Source of the DNA: Limnochordia bacterium
Lineage (GTDB): Bacteria > Bacillota > Limnochordia > DTU080
Direction of reading: 5' to 3'
DNA: 64,000 nucleotides
Assembly (NCBI GenBank): GCA_050951545.1
Contig: JBMNJG010000006.1
Location: forward strand, 64,001-128,000
Numbering within the stretch: position 1 is the first letter of the stretch; every line of letters starts with the position of its first letter. Position numbers and translations under genes: made by a program. Of the stretch, positions 28,876-39,645 are shown piece by piece. The notes under the pieces are model-generated. The model ran no database searches. It was not told the origin of the DNA and was given only the letters and a program-made list of their open reading frames with translations.

Positions 28876-30519
28876 ATGCTGGCCTCTCGACCACTGAAGC
28901 GGATTGGCGTGGCGGTACTCCTTTTCCTCCTTCTACAAGTCTCCATAGGAACCTGTGCTGCTGCCATTCCATTTGATCCCTCTCCTTCGCTTATCATTAT
29001 GCTCATGTTAGACGGCTTTCGTCCCGACTATGTGACGATGTATGCGCCGCCTAACCTACAGCGTCTGATCGCCGAAGGGGCATGGGTGGCTGAAGCTCGG
29101 TCGGTTTTCCCGTCAATGACCACACCCAATCAGACGAGCTTCGCCACAGGAGCACTGCCAGCCAGTACTGGCATTCCCAACAATTCGCGCTATGATCGCC
29201 AACTTGACCGCTTCCTCAGCCCCCTCAGAGACAACGAGGTGCCCACCATCGCTGAGATTATGCGTGATTGTGGGTGGAGGACAGCCTCCGTAAACCATTT
29301 CATGCTGGAACATCGCGGTGCCCTACGCTATGTGCGGGGGAACATGCAGGCCCTCATTCGGTTGCTAGAGACTGAGCGTCGAGGCCTTGTGGTCTACTAC
29401 CATGTCAATACTGATACCGTAGGACATAAGTCCGGTCCGTATAGTCCGCAGATGCGCAAGGCCGTGCTGGAGGCGGATGCCGAAATTGGGCAACTCCTCA
29501 GCGCTCTGGAGAGATTGCAGCTGATAGATCAGACGACGATTTCTATCGCTTCTGATCATGGCATGTCACCTACGGGTGGGACGCCCATCCAGCCGAACCT
29601 GACTGCCCTGGCTCTGTCAGGCTGGAAGATGGCCGGAACGCAGAGCCAGATTCGTTCGAACACAGAGCTAGTGTACATCGCCTCTGGGGCTGCCTATCTC
29701 TACTGGCGGGAAGGAAAGCGCACGCCTGAGCGGGAGGCCGAGCTACTGGAGGCTCTCCGTCGCATAGATGGTGCCGACATTTGCACTGCAACCGATATTG
29801 CGCGTTTGGGCGCAGACCCAGAACGCCTGGGCGACATAGCCATTGTTCCACATCCGGGCAGAACCCTGGCCTCAGAGCGCTCCGGTGGTGGTAAGCATGG
29901 CACTCCCAATGAGGCCCAGAACATGATCCTCTTTTGGGGTCAGGGTATCAAAAGGGGCAGCATAGTTCCTGCCGCCAGTATCATTGACATAGTTCCAACA
30001 CTACTGCGCCTCGCCAGACTCGATATCCCCTCCAGCGTAGACGGGCGCCCCCTCACCCAGATCATCGAGCGAACCCCATGGAAGGAGCGTTTGGGGAAAG
30101 CTGGAGACTATGAGGTCAAGGACATTGCCGCCAGCGGTGGTGCCTCAAGTGGCAGTCCGGCGATGCTTGCCGATGGTAGCATCTACACCTCATGGGAAAT
30201 CAGCCTGGTTGCAGGCCCTGCTTATGTGATCTTTGATTTCGGAGTGCCGCGTGACATCTGGCGCGTAGAAATCGTTGCAGTGCCCGGTCGAGAGGCTGTG
30301 GGGCCTCAGCAAATGACGCTAGAGACGAGTACAGATGGGCTCAGCTTTGAGCCCATCTGCACCGCTGCCATCAGCCCTTTGACGAACGGCGCAAGCGAGA
30401 CACTTCGTCTTTCCCAACCTGTGAAAGCACGTTTTTTGCGAGCCATCGTTCATTCCAGTTGGGGGGGAGAGGTAACGGAGATCGCCGAGATGCATGTGTG
30501 GTCTGGTCCCCAGCAGTAG
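28876..30519 (+). CDS. secreted nucleotide pyrophosphatase/phosphodiesterase (alkaline phosphatase superfamily) with C-terminal F5/8 discoidin domain
   Basis: MLDGFRPDY, SVFPSMTTPN, DTVGH, ASDHGM, GKHG, IDIVPT; C-terminal ADG...IFDFG...ARFLR...IAE. Confidence 0.9.
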   Translation: MLASRPLKRIGVAVLLFLLLQVSIGTCAAAIPFDPSPSLIIMLMLDGFRPDYVTMYAPPNLQRLIAEGAWVAEARSVFPSMTTPNQTSFATGALPASTGIPNNSRYDRQLDRFLSPLRDNEVPTIAEIMRDCGWRTASVNHFMLEHRGALRYVRGNMQALIRLLETERRGLVVYYHVNTDTVGHKSGPYSPQMRKAVLEADAEIGQLLSALERLQLIDQTTISIASDHGMSPTGGTPIQPNLTALALSGWKMAGTQSQIRSNTELVYIASGAAYLYWREGKRTPEREAELLEALRRIDGADICTATDIARLGADPERLGDIAIVPHPGRTLASERSGGGKHGTPNEAQNMILFWGQGIKRGSIVPAASIIDIVPTLLRLARLDIPSSVDGRPLTQIIERTPWKERLGKAGDYEVKDIAASGGASSGSPAMLADGSIYTSWEISLVAGPAYVIFDFGVPRDIWRVEIVAVPGREAVGPQQMTLETSTDGLSFEPICTAAISPLTNGASETLRLSQPVKARFLRAIVHSSWGGEVTEIAEMHVWSGPQQ

Positions 30520-30597
30520 CGACGTCTCTGTTCAAGCAAAGGTCCAACGGAGTACACGTCCACGTCCGCAGAGTCTCTTTTTACGGAGGGGTCAGTG

Positions 30598-31419
30598 ATG
30601 AGTAGGTTGTGGAAGCTGTTGGTTTTGTGCATTGTGTCAGCTCTGGTCTTCCCGAGCACTGCGATGGGGGCTTGGAGCACGCCCGTGTGCTGGGAACACA
30701 ACACAGCTGGTGTCGAGCGCATGCCGTGGCTTGTGGGACGGACATTATTCTACGCGAAGAGCTACGACATCTATCAGTCTGTCTTCGACGGCGAGACCTG
30801 GAGTGATCCGGAACCCGTTCCTGGGAAGATCAACACCTCTGTCAACGAGATCAACCCGGCGGTGATCAAGGGCGGCACAGTCATGTACTTCCTGCGCTAC
30901 ATGGACACAACCGACTACGATTTCTACCGTTCGGAGTGGGATACGGAGCTCGGCGAATGGGGCGAGCCAGTCAGAATAGACGTCTGGAGCACGGACATTC
31001 AAGACTGGGATGTGTGGGTAAGCGAGGATGATATGTCGGCTTACCTCACCACCAAGGGAGCCTACGGTGACGCGGTCTCGCTTGGTGGCCGTGACATCTG
31101 GTACAGTGAACGCCAGGACGGCGAATGGAGCATTCCAGTGAATGTCGGTCCGCCCATCAATAGCGCTAAGGACGAGTGGAGCGTCTTTGTTGACCAGGAG
31201 GGACGCATCTACTTCGACAGCAATCGTGAGGGCGGCTCAGGCAACTATGACATCTGGGTGGCCGAAGGATGGGAGGGCCCTGTGACGAATGTGACCGAGC
31301 TCAACAGCGCCGCACCGGAGCGCGAAATAGCTATTGACGGCGATCTGGCTGTTTTCTCTGCTGATCGTAGAGAAGGAGGCGTGGGCGGCTACGACCTGTG
31401 GGTCTCCACACTCGAGTAG
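30598..31419 (+). CDS. secreted PD40/TolB-like beta-propeller protein
   Basis: Signal peptide; repeated INT..NE..P, GGRDIW, W..PVNVGPPINS, YFDSNR.GG.G.YDIW, FSADRR.GG.GGYDLW. Confidence 0.85.
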   Translation: MSRLWKLLVLCIVSALVFPSTAMGAWSTPVCWEHNTAGVERMPWLVGRTLFYAKSYDIYQSVFDGETWSDPEPVPGKINTSVNEINPAVIKGGTVMYFLRYMDTTDYDFYRSEWDTELGEWGEPVRIDVWSTDIQDWDVWVSEDDMSAYLTTKGAYGDAVSLGGRDIWYSERQDGEWSIPVNVGPPINSAKDEWSVFVDQEGRIYFDSNREGGSGNYDIWVAEGWEGPVTNVTELNSAAPEREIAIDGDLAVFSADRREGGVGGYDLWVSTLE

Positions 31420-31458
31420 TCGTAACCGCATTACTGACTGCCGACGACAGATGCCAGA

Positions 31459-31481
31459 AGAGGGCGGCGAAACCGCCCTCT
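31459..31481 (+). terminator. terminator hairpin
   Basis: agagggcgg-cgaaa-ccgccctct. Confidence 0.6.
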
Positions 31482-32394
31482 CCTGCTATCGACTGATTAT
31501 GCTTTTGCGCTCATTGCACATTTTGCGGTTGGACAAGCGGACAGTCGCCATAGTGCTGATTCGCACTATGCCGCATGCCCCGACCGCCGGACCGCAGACC
31601 CCATCCCGACCCGAAGTCGCTTGCCGAAGCTCGTCTGTAGGATCAACCAGGCTTCTGCCAGCCATGACCCAGGGGCCACCGAGAGTCGAATGCATTTCCC
31701 GACCGGATCATCGGCTGAGTGGGAAAAGACTATCGACGCGGTCCGGTTATGTGCCGCCCAGCAGCTCCAGAAGGGCCGCCAGGGCGAGAGGGTGTCCTCT
31801 TCGGTGCGGAAACGAGCACTTCGAGCGGTCCAGATCAGCAAAAGGACTCTGTAACGACCGCATCGCTGCACTTTTGCCATTCACATTGGACCCAGGGAGT
31901 TGATGGGGCGACTCTTTTGCCATCGCCGTAGGATCCTTGGCCCCGACTTACATGCCTAGCCGAACGTGTCCTTTTCGACTACTGGCCAGTCTCGCGAGCG
32001 CCCACCAGCGGGGCGGCCGGACACAGCCGGATGCCATCGATGGATTCATGCCTACTAAGCCATCTCAGCTCCTGTCCAGGGTTCTTCTGACTCCCTCTGT
32101 CAGAGTAGTGGTGTATACCCAGTAACTGTTATTAGTATTTGGTACTCCAGATCATTTGTCTTTAAATATGGTTGCGAAGCCCGCTGGCATAATATAGTAT
32201 ATATACGCATTCGACCTCTGGAGGGATGATAGGCCCGAATCACAGTCTTAGATCCGACGTGTCCGCCGATGTACCGAGATCTGTACTCCCCTGTACTCCT
32301 GATTTGGCTCGCACACCCCGCTACCTCGGGAAGCCTTTGCTGATGCTGTCTTGAGTGTCCGTCCAACATTGAGGAAAGGGAGGGTGGCACAGAC

Positions 32395-33693
32395 ATGAAG
32401 AGACGCTGGTGTACACCGACTGCTGTATGTGCATTGCTCGTCGCCTTAGCCGTTCGTAGCCCAGCCGCAACCGTCACTTGGTGGCATGTCTGGGGCGAAG
32501 CCAGAAACCCACTTGTTGAGCACATGATCACCAACTTCGAGAAGGAGAACCCCCGCACCAAGGTCGAGCATCTGGTGATTCCGCAAGCCGGGATGTATGA
32601 GAAGTATCTCCAAGCCATTGCAGGAGGAAGCCCACCCGATGTGATCATGATCTCACGGACCATGATGCCTTCCTTTGCCGAACAAGGCGCGCTCTTACCG
32701 CTAGACAATCTCGCGGCTCGAGACAACCTCGTTCTGGAAGACATTTTCTATCCCGGCGAGGTAGCCATCTCGCGCTTTCTCGGCAAGACATGGGCTCTGC
32801 CTGGAGCCACCGCCGGTGGACACAGTGTTCTTTGGTGGGACAAGGATCTGCTCGACCTAGGCGGGCTCGACAGCAGCAAAGGCCCTGTAACCTGGAGGGA
32901 ATACCGAGCCTTCGGCAAGAAACTGACCGTCGAGACCTCTGATGGGCGAATTCGTCGCCTTGGGGCCCTCCCAGATGGACCAGGTTTCCCCCAATGGCTC
33001 TATACCAACGGCGGTAGGCTCCTCTCTGATGACGGAAGAAGGGTGGCGTGCAACAGTGCCGAAGGCGTGGAGACATTGGAGTGGCTGCAAGGGTGGGTCA
33101 ACGAAATCGGCGGGTATAACCGCATCACCGATTGGAGCAGCACCTATGTGCCCGGTCGCCCAAGGTATGAGAAGTGGTGGGCTGGCAGCCTAGCCATGGT
33201 CATAGACGGTGTGTGGCTTTTCTTCCAGAATAGCGAGCAAGCTCCCCACGTGGATTACGGTGTGGGCCTCATGCCCTACAACGACACCAACTCACAGGCT
33301 GAGAGCGCCAACATCCTTGACGGCACCTACGGATGGTCCTACGCCATCCCCACAGGCGCGAAGAACACCGAAGGCGCCTGGATGTGGATCAAGTACATCA
33401 CCTATGGAGATGGTAACCGCTCCTTTTTTACTTCACAAATGCGACCATCTGCCGCGCGCCGAGTTAACCAAGACCCACTCTTTCGCAAGGATAATCCCTA
33501 CTGGGGCATTGTCGGCCAGGTGCTGGCCGGCGGCATTCCAGTAACGCTAACACCCAAAAGCTCGCAGGTACTTAGCATCTTGAATTCCTCTACCGCCAGT
33601 GCAATACAGGGTAAGCAAGCAGCACGGCCAGCACTTGAGGACGGGGCAAGAAGGGCACAAGCCATCCTTGACGAATGGTGGAGCGGTCAGTAG
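32395..33693 (+). CDS. ABC sugar solute-binding protein (family 1)
   Basis: RBS gggagggtgg, signal peptide, TWWH.WG, AIAGGSPPDV, TWALP, GPVTW, EGAWMWIKY. Confidence 0.93.
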   Translation: MKRRWCTPTAVCALLVALAVRSPAATVTWWHVWGEARNPLVEHMITNFEKENPRTKVEHLVIPQAGMYEKYLQAIAGGSPPDVIMISRTMMPSFAEQGALLPLDNLAARDNLVLEDIFYPGEVAISRFLGKTWALPGATAGGHSVLWWDKDLLDLGGLDSSKGPVTWREYRAFGKKLTVETSDGRIRRLGALPDGPGFPQWLYTNGGRLLSDDGRRVACNSAEGVETLEWLQGWVNEIGGYNRITDWSSTYVPGRPRYEKWWAGSLAMVIDGVWLFFQNSEQAPHVDYGVGLMPYNDTNSQAESANILDGTYGWSYAIPTGAKNTEGAWMWIKYITYGDGNRSFFTSQMRPSAARRVNQDPLFRKDNPYWGIVGQVLAGGIPVTLTPKSSQVLSILNSSTASAIQGKQAARPALEDGARRAQAILDEWWSGQ

Positions 33694-33765
33694 GGACAGA
33701 CTCGCAAGTGCCGCGTGGGTGGTGACCTGAAAAACTGCCCACCAGCTAAGGGGTGACAACCTGAA

Positions 33766-36012
33766 GTGAATGCCCGACTGCACGAATCAGTAGGCCCGTT
33801 TGATGTCGTCGTCATAGGAGGCGGTCTAGCCGGAATCTGTGCGGCTCTAGCAGCAGCACGGCAAGGAGCCTCCACAGCGCTCATTCATGAGCGCCCCGTG
33901 CTCGGCGGCAACTCCAGTACAGAAATCAGGATACCGCCTTTCGGCGCCGGGCATCACAATCCCCAAGCCAACGAGACGGGGATTATCCTCGAGCTGTTAC
34001 TGGAAGAACGCGCTCGAAACCACGAACGCATAGACTACGGTTTCACGAACACTCATTGGGATATGACGCTATATGAAGCGGCACAGGCAGAGTCGAACCT
34101 AAGCCTCTTCTTGAACACCCTTGCCATCCAGGTTTGTATGGCTGATCGCAACCGCCTAGAATCAGTGATAGGTGTGCAATCGGGCACTGAACGCACCATG
34201 CGCTTTACAGGTCGGTTCTTCATCGACTGCACGGGAGATGGCAGCATTGGGGTAGCCTGTGGGGTGCCCGCCGTGCGAGGCCAGGAAGCACGAAGTACCT
34301 ACGGGGAATCCTTAGCCCCGCTGGAAGCCCAACCGCAGTGGACCCTAGGCAGCTCCCTTCTGTTTCGCGCCCGCGATACGGGCCGCCCAGTAGATTACAG
34401 GCCCCCAAGCTGGGCTGTGCCCTACAAAGACGAAACGGCACTACAGCATCGCTCACATACACGCATAGACGGCGGCTACTGGTGGATTGAGATTGGGGCC
34501 CCATACGACACCATTCGCGACAATGAACAGCTGCGTCATGAACTCCTCAGGCATGTTCTTGGTGTCTGGGATCATATCAAGAACCACTGCGTACATCGTC
34601 AGGCAGCTCGCAACTATGCTCTGGAATGGGTGGGCATGGTCCCTGGCAAACGCGAATCCAGGCGTTTCGTCGGGACTCACGTGCTCACGCAGAACGAGTT
34701 GGAGCGCCGTGAGCTTTTCCCCGACAGAGTGGCCTACGGTGGCTGGATCATCGACGACCACACTCAGGGCGGTGTTCTTGAGCCTTCGAAGGCCCCCTCC
34801 TTTGACAAGGCCGACGTGGAACTGATCCGTTGCCTCGTAGCACCCTACAGCATTCCTTTGCGCACCATGTATGCTCCACAGGTCAAGAACCTGTTGTTTG
34901 CGGGCCGCCTCATGAGTGCTAGCCGTCTGGCCTTCAACTCTTTGCGCGTGCAGAGCACTCTTGCTGTGTGCGGACAAGCTGCAGGCACAGCGGCTGCCAT
35001 GTGCGCCAGCCGCGCTACGGAGCCGGGCAAGCTGACACTACAGGAAATAGGCAGCATTCAGCAAAGCCTCTTGCGACAAGATTGCTATGTACCATCCATA
35101 CGCAACGAAGACCCTGCCGACCAGGCGCGGTTGGCCAAGGTGAGTGCCAGTAGTACAGCCACATTCACACCCGTTCTGGGTGACACCTGGGCCAGCCTAG
35201 CCTCACCGCTGGCACAGCTAGTGCCCGTGTCAGCTACCCATGTCGAGCACGTACGGGTCTACTTGAGAAATGATACGGGAACTGATGTACCGCTGCGGCT
35301 GTGCGTCTATCCCGCAGCTGACATCTGGGATCTCACCGCATTGGGGAAAAGTCCGCTAGAGAGCGTGGATGCCACAGTGCCCGCTGGGCTCCATGGCTGG
35401 TTTACGATTCCTGTGAATATGCATACGAACCCGCCACAGCTTCTGTGGTTTGCTCTGGAAGGCACCGACGGAGTGTCATGGCGCCAGCAACAGGCGACTC
35501 CGCCGGGGTTCACCTCAGCCCGTGTCCAAGACGGTGACACGTGGTGGTTTGCGCCCGGCATGTTCTCCTCCTGGGAGGGTCTAGCCCTCGACATCACTCC
35601 GGTGACCCGCCCGTTTGAGCCAGAGAACGTGGTAAACGGTGTGACGCGAGCGGAGACATGGCCCAACCTTTGGATGTCAGACCCCCAACAGCCCTTGCCT
35701 CAATGGCTGCAACTGGATCTGCCTGAACCACGACTGGTGGGGTTGGTGCAGATCACATGCGACACCAATACCAGTCGTATCTACACCCACACGCCTCCCT
35801 TCTTCCGCTCGCCGGAATGCATTAGCGACTGTAGCGTGGCCGTATATGAAAACGGCCGATGGGAAGAAGCGGCGTCGGTCAGTGGTAACTACCAACGCCG
35901 CATCGTGCTTCGGTTCACGCCGCGTCGAGTTAGCTCATTGCGCATCAGTATCACGCGTGCGCACGGGGCACCGGAAGCCCGCATCTTCGAGGTTCGCTTG
36001 TATGACGGGTAA
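33766..36012 (+). CDS. FAD-dependent oxidoreductase (FAD_oxidored family) with C-terminal discoidin-like domain
   Basis: DVVVIGGGLAG, RPVLGGNSS.E, FIDCTGDG, GKRESRR, PYSIP, NLLFAGR, GQAAG; C-terminal WLQLDL...GNYQR...IFEVRLY. Confidence 0.92.
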   Translation: MNARLHESVGPFDVVVIGGGLAGICAALAAARQGASTALIHERPVLGGNSSTEIRIPPFGAGHHNPQANETGIILELLLEERARNHERIDYGFTNTHWDMTLYEAAQAESNLSLFLNTLAIQVCMADRNRLESVIGVQSGTERTMRFTGRFFIDCTGDGSIGVACGVPAVRGQEARSTYGESLAPLEAQPQWTLGSSLLFRARDTGRPVDYRPPSWAVPYKDETALQHRSHTRIDGGYWWIEIGAPYDTIRDNEQLRHELLRHVLGVWDHIKNHCVHRQAARNYALEWVGMVPGKRESRRFVGTHVLTQNELERRELFPDRVAYGGWIIDDHTQGGVLEPSKAPSFDKADVELIRCLVAPYSIPLRTMYAPQVKNLLFAGRLMSASRLAFNSLRVQSTLAVCGQAAGTAAAMCASRATEPGKLTLQEIGSIQQSLLRQDCYVPSIRNEDPADQARLAKVSASSTATFTPVLGDTWASLASPLAQLVPVSATHVEHVRVYLRNDTGTDVPLRLCVYPAADIWDLTALGKSPLESVDATVPAGLHGWFTIPVNMHTNPPQLLWFALEGTDGVSWRQQQATPPGFTSARVQDGDTWWFAPGMFSSWEGLALDITPVTRPFEPENVVNGVTRAETWPNLWMSDPQQPLPQWLQLDLPEPRLVGLVQITCDTNTSRIYTHTPPFFRSPECISDCSVAVYENGRWEEAASVSGNYQRRIVLRFTPRRVSSLRISITRAHGAPEARIFEVRLYDG

Positions 36013-36039
36013 CTGTTTGCTCCCAAATGCAGGAGTGAC

Positions 36040-36073
36040 GGCTGACGCTGTACTAATCCGCGCAGCGTCAGCC
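36040..36073. terminator. bidirectional terminator hairpin
   Basis: ggctgacgctg...cagcgtcagcc 11-bp stem between convergent genes. Confidence 0.7.
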
Positions 36074-36147
36074 TGTAGTGTTTTGACTGCTCGCCAGACG
36101 CCCGCAGAGGTACGCATGTCGGCAGGCTCTGCGACTACTTGCTCGCC

Positions 36148-37446
36148 TCAACGACCTCGACGCGACGTGCGCAGCACCTCATCAAGACGGGCTTGAACCA
36201 CCCTGGTTACTGCGTCCAACGCCGCCTCTGGACTGACTTGCAGCTGAATCACCTGCGAACGAGCTCTGCTCAGCTCACTTGAGTAGAAGACGCTAACAGG
36301 CATCGTAGGCAAAAATGGCCGCGAATTGGGTCCTGCCAAAGCGTTAGCTATCGGCATGTACTCGGGATGTTTCTGCACAAAGGCTCTGGCAGCTGCTACC
36401 CGCGCAGGAAAGGTCACGTCGGGTTCTACTTTCTGACGCTCGAGCACATGCTCCAGACTCGTACGCCAGCGGATATACTCGAAGGCCTCCTCAGGATGCT
36501 TGGCCCCTACGGGGATCACCAGTGTCAGCGCATTCCCCGTCGTGGAGTTGGGCTTTCCACACGGAGCGTAGGGCAGTGGAATCATGTCCCATTCAAAGCC
36601 CGGAGCATAGAGCTCAAATCGGCCGATAGCCCACGGTCCGTTCAAGTGCATGCCCAACAGATCGTTAAAGAGGGGATCTCCCCGGAAGTAGTTCTGCACT
36701 TGCGATGTCAGAGCATTTATCCGAGCGTAATCGTAGCGCTCAGAGTACGACGCCATCCAAGCAAACATGGCGACCGTATTAGGGCTGTTGGCCGTCACCT
36801 GCCGGGTCGATGGATCCCACAGCTGTCCATCCCACGCTGCGAGCCATGTCCACGCGTCCCCCAGCCAAGGGACAAGGCCCATGCGCCTTATGTTGCCCTC
36901 GGCATCCATAGCCGTCAGACGCTTGGCCACTTCATCTAGTTCTTGAATCGTTTGCGGAAGTGTGACCCCTGTCGCAGCGAAAAGGGCCCTGTTCGTGTAA
37001 AGCATGTTGGCATCAACGTCATAGGTCATCGCCCATATGCTGCCATCGTAGTGCCACGAGTCCCATACCAATGGGAAGAAATCCCTGGGCTGAATCCCGG
37101 CCTTCTGAATGTACCTATCCAGGGGCTGAATAAGCCCTCCCTCGGCAAACTCCGCCAGGGAAAACGTCGCGATAAGCTGCGCCACATCGGGCGCCACCCC
37201 GGCGGCAATAGCGACAGACAACTTGTTATAGTAATCAGTAGTGACGCTCACATGCTCCACTTCGATGCCTGGGTGTGTTCTCTCAAACTCCTTGGCCATA
37301 AGCATATCGGCTTCCATCTGAAGACCGCTACGCTTGTTCCAGAATGCAAGCTTGGTCACGTCCTTCGCATGGCCCACACACGTGCCGACAAGTATGCTAG
37401 ACAATAGGATGATTGCTACTACTCTCATACGAAATAGCGATGACAC
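36148..37446 (-). CDS. ABC sugar solute-binding protein (family 1)
   Basis: Signal peptide, KLSVAIAAGVAPDV, PQTIQEL, GAKHPEEAFEY. Confidence 0.93.
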   Translation of the reverse strand: MSSLFRMRVVAIILLSSILVGTCVGHAKDVTKLAFWNKRSGLQMEADMLMAKEFERTHPGIEVEHVSVTTDYYNKLSVAIAAGVAPDVAQLIATFSLAEFAEGGLIQPLDRYIQKAGIQPRDFFPLVWDSWHYDGSIWAMTYDVDANMLYTNRALFAATGVTLPQTIQELDEVAKRLTAMDAEGNIRRMGLVPWLGDAWTWLAAWDGQLWDPSTRQVTANSPNTVAMFAWMASYSERYDYARINALTSQVQNYFRGDPLFNDLLGMHLNGPWAIGRFELYAPGFEWDMIPLPYAPCGKPNSTTGNALTLVIPVGAKHPEEAFEYIRWRTSLEHVLERQKVEPDVTFPARVAAARAFVQKHPEYMPIANALAGPNSRPFLPTMPVSVFYSSELSRARSQVIQLQVSPEAALDAVTRVVQARLDEVLRTSRRGR

Positions 37447-37601
37447 TCTGCCGCCTCCCCGATGGGTAAACTATCTATTGCACCCTACGATACTTAGGCA
37501 TTGATGTGTGTTGTCCTGTTGTCGAACTTGATCGCCAAAGAATTCAGTGCTAGCTCCGCATGCACCGACAGCGTCCGCACCACTCACCACGAAAACGCAG
37601 C

Positions 37602-38909
37602 CTAGTGCAGGCTCTGGTCGATAAGAGCTTGTACAGGACCTGCAACTTCGCTCATCGCCTGGGTGGGAGTTTTCCGGTTATTGATCACGGCCGCCACTGC
37701 TGGACTCATGATCTTGGCGATCTCGGAGTAGGTCGTCACCTTCATGATGTATGGAAATGCAGGGTAGTTCGCTGCCTGCTCGACAATGATCGAAGGGTTC
37801 ATCCGGGGGTGGGCTGCCGATTGCTCCCGCATCCAGTTGACTCCGACAGCCGACACACCTGGAACGCTGACTCCTGAGGTCCGAAGAGCGTTGCCCTGGG
37901 GGTCCATGCAGATGAACTTCAGGAACTCCCACGCCTCTTCCCGATTCGGCGCGTCGCGCAAGATCACTAACCCATCAGGATAGATGTGCCCGGCTGGACG
38001 AGCGTTGTCCACGCTGAACCAAGGGGACATGGTCATGGGGACACCAGCTGCAGCAATCGGGGCCAGGTCCCAGGTACCCAATCCAGCCATAGCAACTTTA
38101 CCGTTAAGGAAGCCTGTGCGCCCACCGCCTGTCTCACCCGACTGGGGCATCACGTGATGTACCCAGCCCAAGTCCTGAAAATCCTGCAGTGCACGCAAAG
38201 TCTTCGGATGATCGCCCAGGAACTTGCGTGCATCAAGATCAACCCAGTCGCTACCCCAGGACAGCGGTAGGGTGATCCAGCTATCCCAAGGTGGACCTGC
38301 CAACCCGAATTGCCTTATCGTCCCCTCTGCCGACTGCTTCGTCAGCTTCTTCAGACTACTGACAAACCGCTCGAACGTCCATCCCGGATCATCCCAAACC
38401 GTCGGCGGGTACGCTACACCAGCTTCGTCGAATAACTGCCAATTGTACATCATTATCACCCCGGAAGCTCCCACGGGGAGACCATACTGCTGTCCTTTCC
38501 ACTGCAGTGGCTTCAGCAACACGGGCACGATATTGGAGATACCCTTGCCCTCACTCTTCAGAAAGGGATCCAAAGGAGCGAGAAGGCCAGAGGCCGCATG
38601 CCCCACAAAGTCCAGTCTGGCGGTCGTCACATCTGGTGGCAGACCACCAGCCACCTCAACCAGGATCTCCTCCCACTTCGTCAGCATCGTTCCGGGCGCA
38701 TAGCGCCACTCAACCCTGATTCCCGTCTTCTTTTCGAAGCCATCGAACTGAGCCCGCAGCCATGGCTCATTTCCCGCAGCGACCCACAGCTTGGCAATAA
38801 CCTTGCGTTCCTTGGCCGCAACAGCATGGGGTTGCCATACCATGAGACTGGCGCAAACAAGCACCAACAGCAGCACGACTACCACACGTCTCGAACGGCA
38901 TTCTGACAT
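37602..38909 (-). CDS. ABC sugar solute-binding protein (family 1)
   Basis: Signal peptide AVA-A, AGGLPPDV, QYGLP, MYNWQLFDEAGV, EAWEFLKF. Confidence 0.93.
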   Translation of the reverse strand: MSECRSRRVVVVLLLVLVCASLMVWQPHAVAAKERKVIAKLWVAAGNEPWLRAQFDGFEKKTGIRVEWRYAPGTMLTKWEEILVEVAGGLPPDVTTARLDFVGHAASGLLAPLDPFLKSEGKGISNIVPVLLKPLQWKGQQYGLPVGASGVIMMYNWQLFDEAGVAYPPTVWDDPGWTFERFVSSLKKLTKQSAEGTIRQFGLAGPPWDSWITLPLSWGSDWVDLDARKFLGDHPKTLRALQDFQDLGWVHHVMPQSGETGGGRTGFLNGKVAMAGLGTWDLAPIAAAGVPMTMSPWFSVDNARPAGHIYPDGLVILRDAPNREEAWEFLKFICMDPQGNALRTSGVSVPGVSAVGVNWMREQSAAHPRMNPSIIVEQAANYPAFPYIMKVTTYSEIAKIMSPAVAAVINNRKTPTQAMSEVAGPVQALIDQSLH

Positions 38910-39187
38910 GATGACGCCTCCCTATTGCGTTTCTACGCTCCAGTTTCCATCGAATCCAACTCGACGTAGGGACCACAGACAGACCATGTCGCATCAATCA
39001 TACTACCTTCATCATATGTCGTTTACTGCATTACGCGTATTTGTTTGCCCATTTTCATAGAATCGTCCCTTAACCGGCCAACCAATTGCTCGTATCTAGA
39101 CCCGTCTGTCTCCGACTCTCCCAACTGCAATAAGGTTAACCACTTTGATTGTTTATGGTAGGATGTAGCCGCTTCTGATACTACGAG

Positions 39188-39278
39188 TGCGCGAACCGGC
39201 TTAACACTGACTTCGATGGGCAGATCATCGATACGCTCAACCTCCACGCCCACCATCACTGTGTACAACCCATTACCT
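39188..39278 (-). pseudogene. possible GyrI-like effector-binding domain fragment
   Basis: GLYTVMVGVEVERIDDLPIEVSVKPVRA resembles GyrI-like Y.VGVEV....LP..M..K.IP; flanks look non-coding. Confidence 0.35.
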
Positions 39279-39516
39279 GCCTCCCTCCCCGTTTCGCCTG
39301 GCGATGTCATTTCATGCGTGTTCGATGCCCCGATTGAGAGCACCTCCCGCCAGGCACGCTCTCCGTGAGCGCGCGACAGCACTCACGTTGAGCCCAGCAT
39401 CGCCAACCGGAACTGCGAAGAACCAGCTGTCTTGGATGAGCTACTGCCGTGCTCTGCCTCTGAGAACGCGACACGGTAGACTGAATACGCTGGCTGATTA
39501 TGAAGGGGATACGCAA

Positions 39517-39645
39517 ATGGAGTTGAACATCGATAGGCATGGAGATGTACGTCTAGCTGAGCCCTTGGCGACGGGGCCAGTACTGGTCACTGACGATGGC
39601 GTGCAGCCGAGGGCCAAGAGACTGTTCCAGGAGGTGGTGCCATGA
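39517..39645 (+). CDS. putative 42-aa small ORF or gene remnant, translationally coupled to the EEP gene
   Basis: RBS gaagggga, MELNIDRHG...FQEVVP-stop with ATGA overlap at 39642. Confidence 0.3.
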   Translation: MELNIDRHGDVRLAEPLATGPVLVTDDGVQPRAKRLFQEVVP

